From Strigamia acuminata (taxonomy: Eukaryota): 64,000 nucleotides of DNA. The position numbers and the translations under genes are program-made. Under the pieces are notes generated by a model. The model saw nothing but the letters and a program-made list of their open reading frames with translations, ran no database searches and was not told the DNA's origin. This document shows positions 36,093 through 49,284 of the stretch, in pieces. Location: assembly GCA_949358305.1 (NCBI GenBank), contig OX442314.1, positions 9,920,001 through 9,984,000 on the forward strand. Reading direction: 5' to 3'. How positions within the stretch are numbered: the stretch's first letter is position 1; each line of letters begins with the position of its first letter.

Positions 36093-39000
36093 CTATGTGG
36101 TCTACTTACCCCCTGGGCCACATAGCAGTATTACGTGGCGCCATCGGTGGCAAAACGCATTGAACATGTTGATACGTGTCCATCCTTGGTTCATGATTTA
36201 ATAGAAACTAATTTATGGACTGTATATAATTAAATCAGTATTCGGTGAATTTAATATTTGATGAATATCCGGTGTCCGGTATTCGGTGCTTCTCTAATGC
36301 CGGCAACAAATGTTTAAAGACCGATTCGGCTCAAACCTAGACCTTTTTTGGAATATTTTATACAAAGTGGAAAAAAACAGGGCCACATTTGCAAAAGTAA
36401 TCAGGACCCCCAGTGGTTGTGACAAAGAATCGCCAAGACCAGGAAAGAGCTGTCACAGGAACAAAAGCTTGCTACTTCGAAGGGGATTATTTCTATGTGA
36501 ATTTATGGCAGGTGAAATCTCTGTGCACAATGTTTGGAAATATATTTGATGTGAAGTTAGAAGAAGAAGAAGAATTTAGATAGGATTGAATGTGCTTGGC
36601 ATTTGCCTACAGATGGGAAAGACTAGGAAATTTGTATAAACCCCTGAGAGACTGTTGTTATTCAATTAGGAAATTGAAAATCTCTGCAAATTTGATAAAA
36701 TTAACTTCTTTTATTGATTCTGGAGTTAGCTGTTTAATGATCCTGGGAGATCAATAAAACCAGGTGCTTCTGGGATACTTAAATTGCATATCTTAAATGT
36801 AAAAATATTGGGTAATGGATTAGATTAGATGAATGCAGGATTCAATTTCTTTATAGTTCTTTTTCTAATAACAAGATTTTCTTTGTCTGAAGACATTTTG
36901 GTGAATGTGCACATTTCTATTGTGTTTTCAAGAAGTTGTTACATTTTTTTGGTCCTTAAAGTTAAAACCAATGTATTTGGCTTAATGATGGCCATAAATT
37001 TGCCTACTCAAAAGCCAAAATTGGTATTGGTGTGGAAACAATTGCAATTTGCTGTTGTGATATTGATCATACATGGCTATGGCTGGCAAGACATTTTTCT
37101 TCTCAATAAGAAATGCACTGAATTTTAAAACTATTCCTTTCAATCAAACCTTTAAATAAAACAGGTTAGCAGATCACATGACAACACAATTTATAGCTCA
37201 AATTAGGACTTGTTTTGATTTATTGCTGATATTGACAGATGGCATTTATCACCAGAGGATAAAGATTTATCAACTAAGAGAAACAAAAGCTCAGCCTTTT
37301 TGCAACCACAGTTAATTAATTGATGATAAAGTTTGTAAAAGTCATCTGAACTGTTGAAAAAAAGAATCACCTAATCTATACTCAATCATTTTATCAGACC
37401 AAGAAATTGGTATTAAGCTCCAGTTGTTGGATTGGTGTCCAAGGCAACTTCTTTTCAGCAACTAGAAGCTGTTTATTGAGGAGAAACGACAAAACACTGA
37501 GCTTAATCTTACAGCTATTAGTTCCTATCACGGCCGCTTTAAGACCTTTGTAGGCTTTTTATCATTTGCAGACGTATTACATTTTTTTGTATTAATTTTG
37601 AAAGGAAAATGAACGCACCCTTAATTCCTTCTAACATAAAACTGTTGAGTAGTGGTGCTGAAAAACACTTAAAAACTGTTGTGGAAGCGTGCGAAATAAG
37701 ATTGCTGAGTCCACAACTGGCTCACAGGGCTGGACTGGGAACAAATTTAGTACCGAGAAATCTGGATAGATCGGGCCACAACAAAAGGAAAAAAATTTAC
37801 AGCGTCGTGGGCCACCGGGAAATACCCGGTATCCTGTCGGGCCAGTCCAGCACTGCCGGTTCGTAGACCCTAAAAAGGTTTGTAGGACCTAAACACTGCA
37901 CCTATACTCAAAACCACCATAACGTTGATCTATTTCAGCCTGTTTACGTCTAACTGTGACTGTGTTCTACTACGTGGAAAAGTAGTTCTGTGTCAAAACA
38001 TCACCTTTGACGATGTTGGTAATCGATCACAATGTCTGGAGTTCGAGTACAATTACCCAAAAGAATCTTAGTTAAACTCTTCGACTCCTGCAAGGCCACT
38101 CTCCCGAACTTATTTTCACCGGTAATCCTTTAGCTTCAATGATTGTCAGTCATTGCGGATTCAACGGCTTTTTCCTCTCTTCGCACTCAATTTAAAGTAC
38201 AAGGAACAATATATCAGTGGACTAAACGCCACTTTAACCTTTCGCGAGCAATTAGCTTTACGGCTTTATCTCACGGACACCACGATTATAACAAGGCACT
38301 CTTTTGTCTTTTGATGTCTGTTGGCTGAGTTAATTGGACAATTTGCTCACCAGAGGTCTCATCAGCCTCATACAACATTTGACAGTTTCCTTTATTCTGT
38401 TTAATTGTCAGGGTTCACCAAGTTTTACAAATTGCAGTCAGTGGTGATTATCGACAAGCCGCTGTTCAGGTATTCGTCACACCTCGCCGACTTACCACCA
38501 ACCAACAAGGTGCCTTGATGAGAAAGTAGTGATTGAGGGCGTATGTTGTAGTGCTGCTCCGGTGGCTAGTGTCATTAAAATTCAAAGATTGCCTTCCACT
38601 TTTTAATATACTGAAGGCTTAAATCGATTGGGACATAAAAGTCCCTGTGGTTTAGGGGCTGATATTGGACTCTTTTCTTTTTTAATGTTCCTGGGGACAA
38701 GGGTGACACTATACATATTCCTTATCACATTTTGTCAGGAATTTGATAACAAGAGTTATTTGTGTTCTGTTATTAATTTATGACATGATTGCCTCCACTG
38801 TCTACATTGTGGTGAGATGAGATGGGAACCGTTGTAATGTAATAGGTTTTGTTGTGGGTGATGCTCTGAAGAAAAGATAGCTCTGGTTTTTTTGCTACAT
38901 GGTTATGGTTGCTAAGCGTTGAAGAATGCAGAGACAAAAATGGAGGCAAGAGCGTAGTCGTTGGTATGTTTTCTGTGGTTTTTCTAGTTGTTGGTGCAAA

Positions 39001-39224
39001 TGCAAGGTTGGGTCTTCATGAAAGTCATTTAACGGAATGTTCCTCGCTTGGCCTAATACCCCAGACAGACATTTTGTTTTTCAGGTCAAGACCATGTTGT
39101 GGGACGCACACTAATGTATACAGTTGAGGCGTTTGTTGACTTCTTTTCCTACCTTCTGGATGTAGCTAAAGCACATGGCTAAAAATGGACATTAAAACCG
39201 CTTATTTTTACATTGAAAAGTGAC

Positions 39225-39375
39225 TAAAAATGGACATTTTTGACGAAAAACGGCTATTTTTGACGAAAAACGGCCATTTTTGACGGATAACGGCCATTTT
39301 TGACGAAAAACACCATTTTTGACGAAAAACGGCCATTTTTGACGAAAAACGGCCATTTTAGCCATTTTTCGTCGC
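39225..39375. repeat. Short minisatellite (TTTTGACGAAAAACGGCCA)
   Basis: ~20-bp tandem units. Confidence 0.8.
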
Positions 39376-40224
39376 CTGATTTTTTTTTAGCCATGAGAAT
39401 ACCGATTTCCGGGGAGTATCGGCCATTTTGGTACCGGGAACCGGGAATTAAAAAAAGGCGGAAGAACAGAAACCCTATTAGCGATACAAAATTGGCCAAA
39501 ACTTACAAATTAAATCAATAACATTACTCTTCTACTGTAAGTAATTTATTGATTTTTAAACGCAATGTATTTTTGCTTCCTGAGAAAGTTCTTCAGGACC
39601 GCGGGACAACGCATCTAAAACGGAGGCGTCTAGTCACTTTCGCTTCAGAAATTTATGGCTGCATAAAGAAGAACCAGATCAATGTCGATATGGGTCTTGG
39701 CCACACTGAATTAGTGGGCCTGAAAGAGCATTAAATTTTGTAGTGATGTTAGAAATCATCACCAGATGTTGCTGAGAGGTGATGATGCGTTTTGCATCAT
39801 CAGACTAGACTACTAATCGGTAAGGGGGAAAACTGGGTTGTCTTTATTGGCACGAAACTCAATTAAGGCAGTTCTCAAGTTCTCAAACTAGGTAGGCTGA
39901 GATGTTGTCTAGTACAGACAACCGGGCCAACGCGCTTCGCATTCTGTCTGGGCAAATGGCCTCATTAGGAAACCGATCTAATTTGAACTAACTTGAATTT
40001 ACTCCTTGCTTTATTGGTCATTTCACTTTATTGTGCTAATTGCCATTTCATTGTGTTGAAATGCTTTGTGGATTTGTTTCTTAGATTTATGCAATTGACA
40101 TAAGAATTATTTATTGACTAAAACAGAGTTATTGGAATTATAACTATTTATGATTCTTTCTCTACCTAACATTATCCTTTCTGTAACCAGTTTAATTATG
40201 CAGGGCTCCAAGCACTAAAATCCC

Positions 40225-40925
40225 CAGATGCTTACGTATAGGGGCCCTTCAGACGCTTGTACCTAGGGGCCTTCCAGATGCCTATGCCTAGCATAGGGCT
40301 CTCTAAGATGCTTAGGGACATTCCAGATGCCTGTGCCTAGGGCCCCATAAGATGCTTAGGGACATTCTAGATGCCTGTGCCTAGGGGCCCTTTAGATGCC
40401 TGTGCCTAGGGGCCCTTCAGATGCCTGTGCCTAGGGCCCTTTAAGATGCTTAGGGACATTCCAGATGCCTGTGCCTAGGGCCCTCTAAGATGCTGAGGGA
40501 CATTCTAGATGCCTGTGCCTAGGGGCTCTTCAGATGCCTGTGCCTAGGGTCCTCTGGGATGCCTGTGCCTAGGGTCCTCTGGGATGCCTGTGCTTCGGCG
40601 CCCTCCAGATGCCTGTGCCTAGGATCCTCTAAGATGCTTAGGAACACTCCAGATGCCTGTGCCTAGGGGCCCTTCGGATGTCTGTGCCTAGGGCCCTCTC
40701 AGATGCCTGTGCTTAGGGGCCCTCCAGATGTTTGTGCCTAGGGGCCTTTGAGATGCCTGTGCTTAGGGGCCCTCCAGATGTTTGTGCCTAGGGGCCTTTG
40801 AGATGCCTGTGCTTAGGGGCCCTCCAGATGTTTTTGCCTAGGGGCCTTTGAGATGCCTGTGCTTAGGGGCTTTCCAGATGCCTGTGCTTAGGGGCCTTTG
40901 AGATGCCTGTGCCTCGGGACCCTCA
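40225..40925. repeat. GC-rich minisatellite (AGATGCCTGTGCCTAGGGGCC)
   Basis: ~25-bp tandem units. Confidence 0.9.
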
Positions 40926-40960
40926 TGATATCTGTGCGAAGGTGACCCAAACTTTCTGGG

Positions 40961-41126
40961 ATTACTGCGGCTGCTGACATCGGACTTGTCCTTCAATGGA
41001 TTTTTGTTAAAGGATTTAAAGTGATCTCATTCCAATTATGGGACCTGGGAAGAGTCTCATATTTGTGATTTTTCATCATTACCCGTACCTTTTTGTTCCG
41101 AAATTCGGTATTTTGTGTGCCTGCTG
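40961..41126 (-). pseudogene. Decayed 18S rRNA fragment
   Basis: ATTACTGCGGCTGCTGACATCGGACTTGTCCTTCAATGG..GTTAAAGGATTTAAAGTG..CTCATTCCAATTA..GTGTGCCTGCTG matches the reverse complement of the conserved 18S segment ending CAGCAGCCGCGGTAAT, with many substitutions. Confidence 0.85.
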
Positions 41127-42189
41127 AGAGGCTATTAATTAGGAATACATTATATAGCAAATACAAACTAAATTCAAATTGCACATGTTGTTCTGCACAC
41201 TGGATTCCCATAGATATCTTGTTGTTATATCAGTATATGGCCTCTAGGTTTAACAATGCTAATTCTAAGAAAATAAACAGCAATACTAATAAATCAATAA
41301 AACAAATACTGTATAATTCATAATTTGAAGAGATTATCTGCTTTCTTTGATGGTTTTTTTTTACAATTGATTATCAGATCTGAATAAACCCCAGATGCAT
41401 TTTTGCTCAAAAAGCATCATTGATTATTCTTGTAGCTTGAAGTTTTTGTAAATTATGTATTTGAAATAGGTTGCTGTTTTGAATGCAGTTGTGCTCCTTG
41501 TGTATTTAATAATTGATAGTTGCATTTAGTGTTCACAGGTGGCGCTGGCTATCATGAGGCGCCATCTTGGGTGGTTTCTTTTTATTTTTTTTTTATTTTT
41601 GACGTTTTGATGTTGAAAGTTGAAAGCCTAATGAGGCAAAGAAAAGTTTTCAATGATTTATTCATTAAAAAAGAACGCCTGTTTTCTGCTTTTCAATTAC
41701 AATTCCACCTTTAATGGTTTTGTCTTGTAGTTGATATAAAATAAAAAATTAAGGGCGCTCCCAATCAAAATTACAATTGATTTTCTGTCTGGTTTAATTT
41801 GGTGGAATTAGGGGAAGATTTTGAAGAAAAAAGTTGATGAGGTAATTGATTCAATTTGAAGGAATTTTTGGGATTTCTTTTTAATTTTTTTATTTAAATT
41901 TTTTTTTGTTTTTGACAAGATGGAGGAAAAAAATGGAGTAAATTTTTTTTTTAATGATTTAAGGAGTTTAGTGCAGTAAAAAAAATGTAAATTGAACATG
42001 ACACTGCCATGTTTATGATGCAATTTTCTGTTTGAAAATGACTAAGTAAATACTGATTAAAACTAAATATAAACATCCAGTCCTCCATTTTTTTTTTCTT
42101 ACAAGAAAATGAGGAGAAAAAAAAAATGATTTTTAATGTAAACAACAAAAATGCATTTTTGAAAAAAAAATTGGATGAAAAAATTTGAC

Positions 42190-42790
42190 TGAAAACAAAA
42201 TAAATAGACACAAAAAACAACAACAACAATTTATTTTCAAAAATGCATCAAATAATGTAACAAAAATACATCCAAAAAAGCAACAAAAAAAATTATTTTT
42301 AATGAAAACAACAAAAATACATCAAAAAAAGCAACAACAAAATTTATTTCCAACGAAAACAACAAAAAATACCAAAAAAAATTGATTTTTAATGAAAACA
42401 ACAAAAATACAACAAAAAAGCAACAAAAAAAATTACTTTCAATGAAAACAACAAAAATACATCAAAAAAAGCAACAACAAAATTTATTTCCAACGAAAAC
42501 AACAAAATATACCAAAAAAATTGATTTTTAATGAAAACAACAAAAATACAACAAAAAAGCAACAACAAAAATTTATTTTCAATGAAAACAAAAAAATACA
42601 ACAAAAAAAATAAAAATTATTTCCAACGAAAACAACAAAAAATACCAAAAAAAAATTGATTTTTAATGAAAACAACAAAAATACAACAACAAAAAACAAC
42701 AACAAAAAATTATTTTTAATAAAAACAAAAAAAATACAAAAAAAAAATTATTTTTAATGCAAACAACAAACCTAAACAAGAAAATTGATT
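42190..42790. repeat. A-rich minisatellite (AATGAAAACAACAAAAATAC)
   Basis: Tandem ~40-bp units. Confidence 0.85.
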
Positions 42791-43214
42791 TTCAATTAAA
42801 ACCAAAAATAGACCCAAAAAAGACAACAAAAACGGAAAAAAATGTCAAGCCTTTAAACACACGACCTCAATATCGCTATCGACTTGTCTGTGGCCCGAGC
42901 AACCGACTACTTCCGGTGGCTTCTCAAAATACACCGAGCTGACACGCATCCAACTCATATTGCACATAAAAAAACCAACCGCATCGCATTTTCGTCCCTC
43001 TCCATTTATCCAACGCGAACGTGGGCGTTTTCCGCGTCGTCATCGCGCCTTGTTTGGAACGCCGTCCAAGGATAAACAATTTTCCCAAACTCCTCGCAAC
43101 TTATCAAACGATTAATTGTCCCACCGCTCTCTGGCGGCGGACCCCGCAGAACGCCATTTTTCCGCGATTAATGGAGACGCGCGCGACCAGACACACAAGC
43201 GGGACATCGACGCG

Positions 43215-43331
43215 ATGGATACGATCGGGGACGCGGCTGCGACCGGGGACGAGGTCGATCCGTCGGTCACTTTGGATGACTCGAGGATCGCGGTGTTGAG
43301 AAGGACGGTCAGATGGGCGGGGTACAAAAGT
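43215..43331 (+). CDS. Candidate alternative first coding exon of ASPP (39 aa, MDTIGDAAATG...RRTVRWAGYKS)
   Basis: GCGATGG start in a CpG-rich island, consensus GTAAGT donor, phase 0 matching 53871. Confidence 0.6.
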
Positions 43332-44819
43332 GTAAGTTTTTTTATTTTTTTAGCTTTTTTTTTGCGTAAAAATCGATTTTTGTGTTTTTTTTTTTTTTTT
43401 TGTTGATTTTTATGTTTTTTTTTATGTTTTTTTTATGTTTTTGATGGTGGAAAGTGACACGAGATGTCGTTTTCACGTGAGGATGATGGTGTTTGTGTTT
43501 TGAAGGTCAAAAACGTTGCATTCTTTTGGTTACACCTGGACGACCTATATTCTATTTGTTGTTGAAGGACAATTTTAAGTCGGGGAAATGTTAATCGATT
43601 GTAATGGTGTGAGAAATGAGTCGGAGGTTTTTTTTTGTCAACTTGGGGGTAATGAGTGTTTTTTTTTTTATGTTTTTTTTATTTTTTTTTATATTTTTTT
43701 CATTTTTTTTATCTGTTTTTGGTGAAAAATTAGGAACAGTGAGTCATTTATCATTTTTGTTTAATTTTTTTGATGAAATGTGAGTCATTTTTCTTCGGTT
43801 TTCACATTTTTTCACATTTTTTCACTTAAAAAAATGGGAAAATGAGTTATTTTCCATTTTTTTTTATTTTTTCCATCTATTTTTGGTGAAAAATTAAACA
43901 AAATGAGCAATTTTTTACATTTTTTACATTTTTTTTATTTTTTTCTATCAACATTTGGTAAAAAACTTTAAAAATGAGCAAAAATGTCGTTTCTCATTTA
44001 TTTATCTCTTTTTCGACAAAAAACTGTCGAAATTAAGTCCTTTCCCATTTTATTCCATTTTCCGCCATTTGATTTTCTCGAAAAACCGAGAAAAATGACT
44101 CTAATCACTCCATTAATGCTCCATTTCCATAAAAGATGGCGCCATTTGTTTGCTCGCCAATAAATTCCAACCTAACACTCCAACAGACACCTCAACTTTC
44201 ACCAATTGCCTCCACCTACTGACAATTTTTCCACCTCTTTTCAAACACAAAACTCAAAACAAACCCCCAACACAATTATCTGCATCCAATATCTCCACTC
44301 GAACGAACAAATCAAACACAACTCCACTAGAAACAGAAAATAAATCCAACTAAAGGGAAACTATCCACAAACCCCCACAAAACCCTCCATTTTGAATCCA
44401 CGGTTTCATATCAACACTTTAACACTATTAACACCCACCAGGTCACGTGATTTACAGCATAAAGGTGTTATACCTTGTTCTAATGGGATTATACTTTTAA
44501 TAAATTTATATTGCTGTTTATTTCTATACACTTTAATGTCTTAAACATAAACTTTAAGTGTTTTAATGGCCCGTGATTGAATTGCTTCTTTAATATCCTT
44601 TTTTTTGTTTTTTTGTGGTTCTTCTTAGTTATTATTACATTTTCAAGGCAATAACAAGAATGTTATGAAGTAGGGGGGGTGTGGGGAGAGGTCAGGTTCA
44701 ATTTAATGTTTGTGGTCTTTTTTTGGGGAAATAATGACAAAAAAATGATCATTTCCTCCATTGCAGTTTGTGTGTGTAATTATACACCCAATATGAAAGC
44801 AATGAGTCATGAAAAGTCA

Positions 44820-45440
44820 ATTTAGAGTGATTTTTTTTAAGAAAAAAAATTTTTTTTTTGACCGGTCCGACCGGTCCACTTTTTTGGTTTTGATTTGGGA
44901 TATTTTTTTTGTGTTATTTCGTTTGGAATTTTGGGATTGATATTTTTTAGAGTGGATTTTTTTTTTTTAAAAAACATGATCGGTCCGACCGGTTTAGTTT
45001 TTATTGATTTTGATTTTGGTTAATTTTTTTGTGTTGTTTCCTATGGAAAATTCACTCTAAAAAATATCATTCTAAAAGATTGATATTTTTAGAGTGAATT
45101 TTTTAGAAGAAAAAAAAAAGACCGGTCCGACCGGTTCAGTTTTTATTGATTTTGATTTGGGATAAATATTTTTGTGTTTTTTCCTATGGAATTTTGGGAT
45201 TGATATTTTTTATAGTGAATTTTTATATGAAAAAAAAAATGACCGGTCCGGCCGGTTCAGTTTTTATTGATTTTGATTTGGGATAAATATTTGTGTGTTG
45301 TTTCCTCTGGAATTTTGGGATTGATATTTTTTTAGAGTAAATTTTTTTATTAAAAAAAAAATGACCGGTCCGACCGGTTCAGTTTTTATTGATTTTGATT
45401 TGGGATAAATATTTGTGTGTTATTTCCTATGGAATTTTGT
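44820..45440. repeat. Tandem ~120-140-bp repeat, 5 copies, with GACCGGTCCGACCGGT core
   Basis: Cores at ~44860, 44978, 45120, 45241, 45363. Confidence 0.85.
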
Positions 45441-46064
45441 GACTGTTTGAATCCTGATATTTCCTTGCTGGCAGTGCAAGTGCAGCGCAACGATTTGAAT
45501 GTGACCTCTTTGGTAAACATTCTTGTGTGTTTGTGACACTGGCGCTGCGTATGTAAACACGAATGTGCGCAAAAGGGGTCAGCTTGGATGTCATTCATCA
45601 CTCGCGACTTGAAGGAAAGTCAACAGAATGTTTTGACGAATGTTTATTTCATGTTTTCATTTTTATTCGTCGCGCCATGTCCGGATTTTTGTGGCTCGTT
45701 GAAACGTTCTTAAAAGTTTGTTTTGTGATTGTAATTAGTTCCTGTTGGCTTTATAAATGGATATAAAGGTTGTTTGCGGGGATGTTTATGGATGAGGGAT
45801 ATAAATCTCGGGTAATTGCTGGGGTATTAAATGAAATTGGGGGTTTTTTGTTTTAGTTGAGTGCCTGGTCATCATGGTGGATTTTTTTTATATCAATAAG
45901 TTGGGAATTTGACGATGTAATGCGGGGGGGCCCGGGCAGAAATGAGTGGGGAGTGATTTTTCATTTTGAAGGCCCATAAATTGTTTTTTTGTTTCAGGGC
46001 CCATTTTTTTTTTTTTAAGGTCGAGATTGTTTTAGTTATTTGGGGGATTTTTTATTTTTTTTAT

Positions 46065-46765
46065 TTTTAGGGCCCCAAAGATATGATTTTATTTTTTAGG
46101 GTTGAAAACGTTTTTTTTGGGAGATTTTAGGGGCCCCATAAATTTTTTTATTTTTTTTTTGAGTTGAAAAAATCTAGTCTATGTTCAGGGGCCCAAAATG
46201 AAAATTATTTTTAAGGCCCCAAAGGTTTTCTCACATTTTCAGGGGCCCAAAAGTGAAATTTGTTGTTAGGGCCCCCAAAATTTACTGTCATGTTCAGGAC
46301 CCCAAAAATTTTCTCGCATTTTCAGGGCCCCAAAAATTTCTTCTCACAGTTAGGGGCCCCAAAAGTAAACTTTCATTTTGAGGGCCCCAAAAATTTCTTC
46401 TCATTGTTAGAGGGCCCCAAAAATTTCTTCTCATTGTTAGAGGGCCCCAAAAATAAACTTTCATTTTGAGGGCCCCAAAATCTCTCTCACATTTTCAGGG
46501 CCCTAAAGATGTCTTCTCATTGTTAGGGGGCCCTCTAAACTTTCATTTTTAGGGACCCAAAAGAAAACTTTTATTTTGAGGGCCCAAAAAATTTTTTCTC
46601 ATTGTTAGAGGGCCCCAAAATTGTCTTCTCATTGTTAGGGGGCCCCAAAAATGTCTCCTCATTGTTAGGGGCCCCAAAATTAAACTTTCATTTTGAGGGT
46701 CCCAAAAGTTGACTCTCACATTCAGGCCCAAACCTTTCCTCTTATTTTAGGGCCCCAAAAATCAC
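46065..46765. repeat. Minisatellite (AGGGCCCCAAAA core)
   Basis: ~29-bp degenerate units. Confidence 0.85.
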
Positions 46766-47231
46766 CCTCTGTTTCATGCCCCCCAAACCCTCATCTTAAT
46801 TCTCCTTGGAAATGGGCCCCGAATCTTAAACAAACCTGCGACTGAAATTCGAACCAAACTCCCACATAATAAAACACACAAGCAGGTCAATCAAATGCAC
46901 CCAAACGACCCATCAAACATCGGAAAAACAAATCAAAAAACACACTTTTATTACAACATCCTCTAGTGCTAAAACCTCGAAGCAAAAATAACCCTACTCC
47001 GATACTCTCACAGTAATTAAAAAACCAACACCCCCTAATGACAAACACCTGCACAAAAGGGGGTTAACTGCCATTACCCCCTTCCTTCCTCCATTCAATA
47101 TTGAATTTCACATTCCCCTCCCAAGTCCCACAACCAACCATTAACCAAAAGCGCCATCTTGTTAATCACCAACTGCTCTGCTTCGTCTCATAAACCTTTA
47201 TCTCCCCCCCACTTGGGGCGCTGTTTTTACT

Positions 47232-47264
<33 letters not shown>

Positions 47265-47592
47265 ATTTTAATTTATTTATTTTAATTTTTATAATTTAAA
47301 AAAAAAATTTTTTTTGATTGACATTTGTCACGAAATTCTCATTTTCCGGGGTCAGTTGCAACTGGATGCCCGTGTCAGGTGGAGCGAAATTCGGCCCACC
47401 GCGGCGCAGACGAGGAGTGGCGGTGGTGGAGTTGGTTGAGTTGGTGCAGCAAAGCATGTCGGGAGCGAAGCGAGTCGAGTGAAAAGACCCGTTTTCCTTT
47501 CTCCCCCCATTTCTCGTTCCACTGTTGGCCGGGCGCTACTCCGACTCGCTCCGGGACTTGGATGCTGCCACTCGGCTTTATTGGCTGCCAAT

Positions 47593-47643
47593 ATGTCCGC
47601 TGTTTGTTTTCAAGCGCGCGGCGCTTCATCATCGCCATTAAAG
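47593..47643 (+). CDS. Candidate alternative first coding exon (MSAVCFQARGASSSPLK)
   Basis: ATG in a CpG-rich island, AAG|GTAGGA donor, phase 0. Confidence 0.4.
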
Positions 47644-49284
47644 GTAGGAAACGGCAAATATTTGAGGTTGGGAAACGGAGAGTGCTGTGGGTGTGACAGG
47701 AAGAGTGCTGGGGCTAATTAAAGGTGTGTTGAAGGGTCTTGAGAGGGAAGTTTTTTTGGGTTGGTATTTGGGGGGGTTTTGGGGGGTTTATTAGGTGGGA
47801 AATGGGATTAAATGGATGGGAATTGGGTTTGTCGTGTTGTTTTGGGGTTTTTAGGGTATTTTTAGGTGTTTTGGGGGTGGGAAATTAGATTTTTGGGGTT
47901 TTATTGGGTTTGTGATGCTGTTTTGGGGTTTATTTTGGGGTTCTGAGGTGTTTTGGGGGTTTATTAGGTGGGAAATTGGATTTTTCACGTTGTTTTGGGG
48001 GTTTTGGGTGTTTTTTAAGGTGTTTTTCGTGTTTATTTTGGGGTTTTGAGGTGTTTTGGGGGGTTTATTATGTGGAAAATTGGATTTTTCACATTATTTT
48101 GTGAGTTTTGGGGGCATTCGGGGTATTTTATAGGTGTTTTTGGGTTTATTTTGGGGTTCTGATGTGTTTTGGGAGGGTTATTAAGTGGAAAAATAGATTT
48201 TTCACGATATTTTGTGGTTTTTAGGGGTTTTAGGGTGTTTTTTTTATGTTTTCCGTGTTTATTTTGGGGTTTTAGGGTGTTTTTTAGGTGGGAAATGTTT
48301 TTAAATGGTTGGGAATTTGGTTTTTTGACGTTATTTAGGTTTTTTTTGGTGTTTTTGAGTGCGATTTTACCTTAGGACTAATTCCCATAGGTTAGCATGG
48401 GGAATTGAAGCATTTTTGTATTTAATAAACTGGTTATGCCGGCTCTCTTTGGTGTTGCTAGAATAAACAAACTTTTGGACTTTGAGTGATTTTGTATCGT
48501 TTTTCTATCGCGTTTCGACACGGATTCCGGCGTGGGACGCATGCGCACGTGACTCGAGTCGAGTTCCGATCGCGGCCAGTGAGTTTCAAGTCCGGCGGAA
48601 GTTGTGGTCATTTTCCTTATTGTTCGCTCGGACAATTATTCGGTTTCCGGTGGGGAAATTTATTTTTTTTTTGGCGCCAAAAGGTGACTTTTTTTTTTAA
48701 GGGGACATTTTTGCGTATCATTAATCGTCTCGAGGGTCCCCCACCAGGGGGAGGGGGCAAAAAGAGGGAGAAGGACTTCCGGTGTTGGTTGTTTGTCCAG
48801 GTGAAAGTGTTGGAATGTTTACGTAATTTTTTTTGGGTGGGTTTTTGTTTTTGTTTTGGGATCTACGGAGGCCCGTTGGGTCAGGTTTTGATTGCGTTTT
48901 GTATTGTAATGCGAACTCTGTTAACCCGGGATGGAGAAATGCGAGGAATGTTCAATGGGAGGAGGAGATGGAAAACAATGTGGTGAAACAATTGAAGAAT
49001 GAGATGTTGGTTGTTGTTTTTTTTTCTTTTTTTTTTTCTTTTTCTGGAGAGAAACAATGGCGGTGGTGGTGAAACAATGGCGGCGGTGTTGAGGATTTTT
49101 TGGTTTTTGTTTTGAAAGGAAAAGGTTTTTGTTTTGATGACCTAAAATGATGGAAGTGGTGTGATTAAAAAAGAGTTGGTTTTGAATAGAGATGGATGGG
49201 TGTTTTTCTGGGTTTTTTTTTGTGTCAAGATAATTGGTTTTGTTTTGATTAAAATTTTTGGTTTTCGTCGTTTTCTTCAAAAAA

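Larger units (their letters stand above)
35032..36191. mobile_element. Outer MITE of a nested trio
   Basis: TSD CATGATTT (35024-35031, 36192-36199); CCAAGGATG..GGACACGTATC / GATACGTGTCCATCCTTGG inverted ends. Confidence 0.7.

Noticed and set aside
40961..41126. Functional rRNA gene
   Set aside because: Only ~165 bp, with substitutions in universally conserved positions.
44820..45440. CRISPR-like regularly spaced palindromic cores
   Set aside because: The intervening sequences are copies of each other, there are no cas genes, and the context is a eukaryotic intron.
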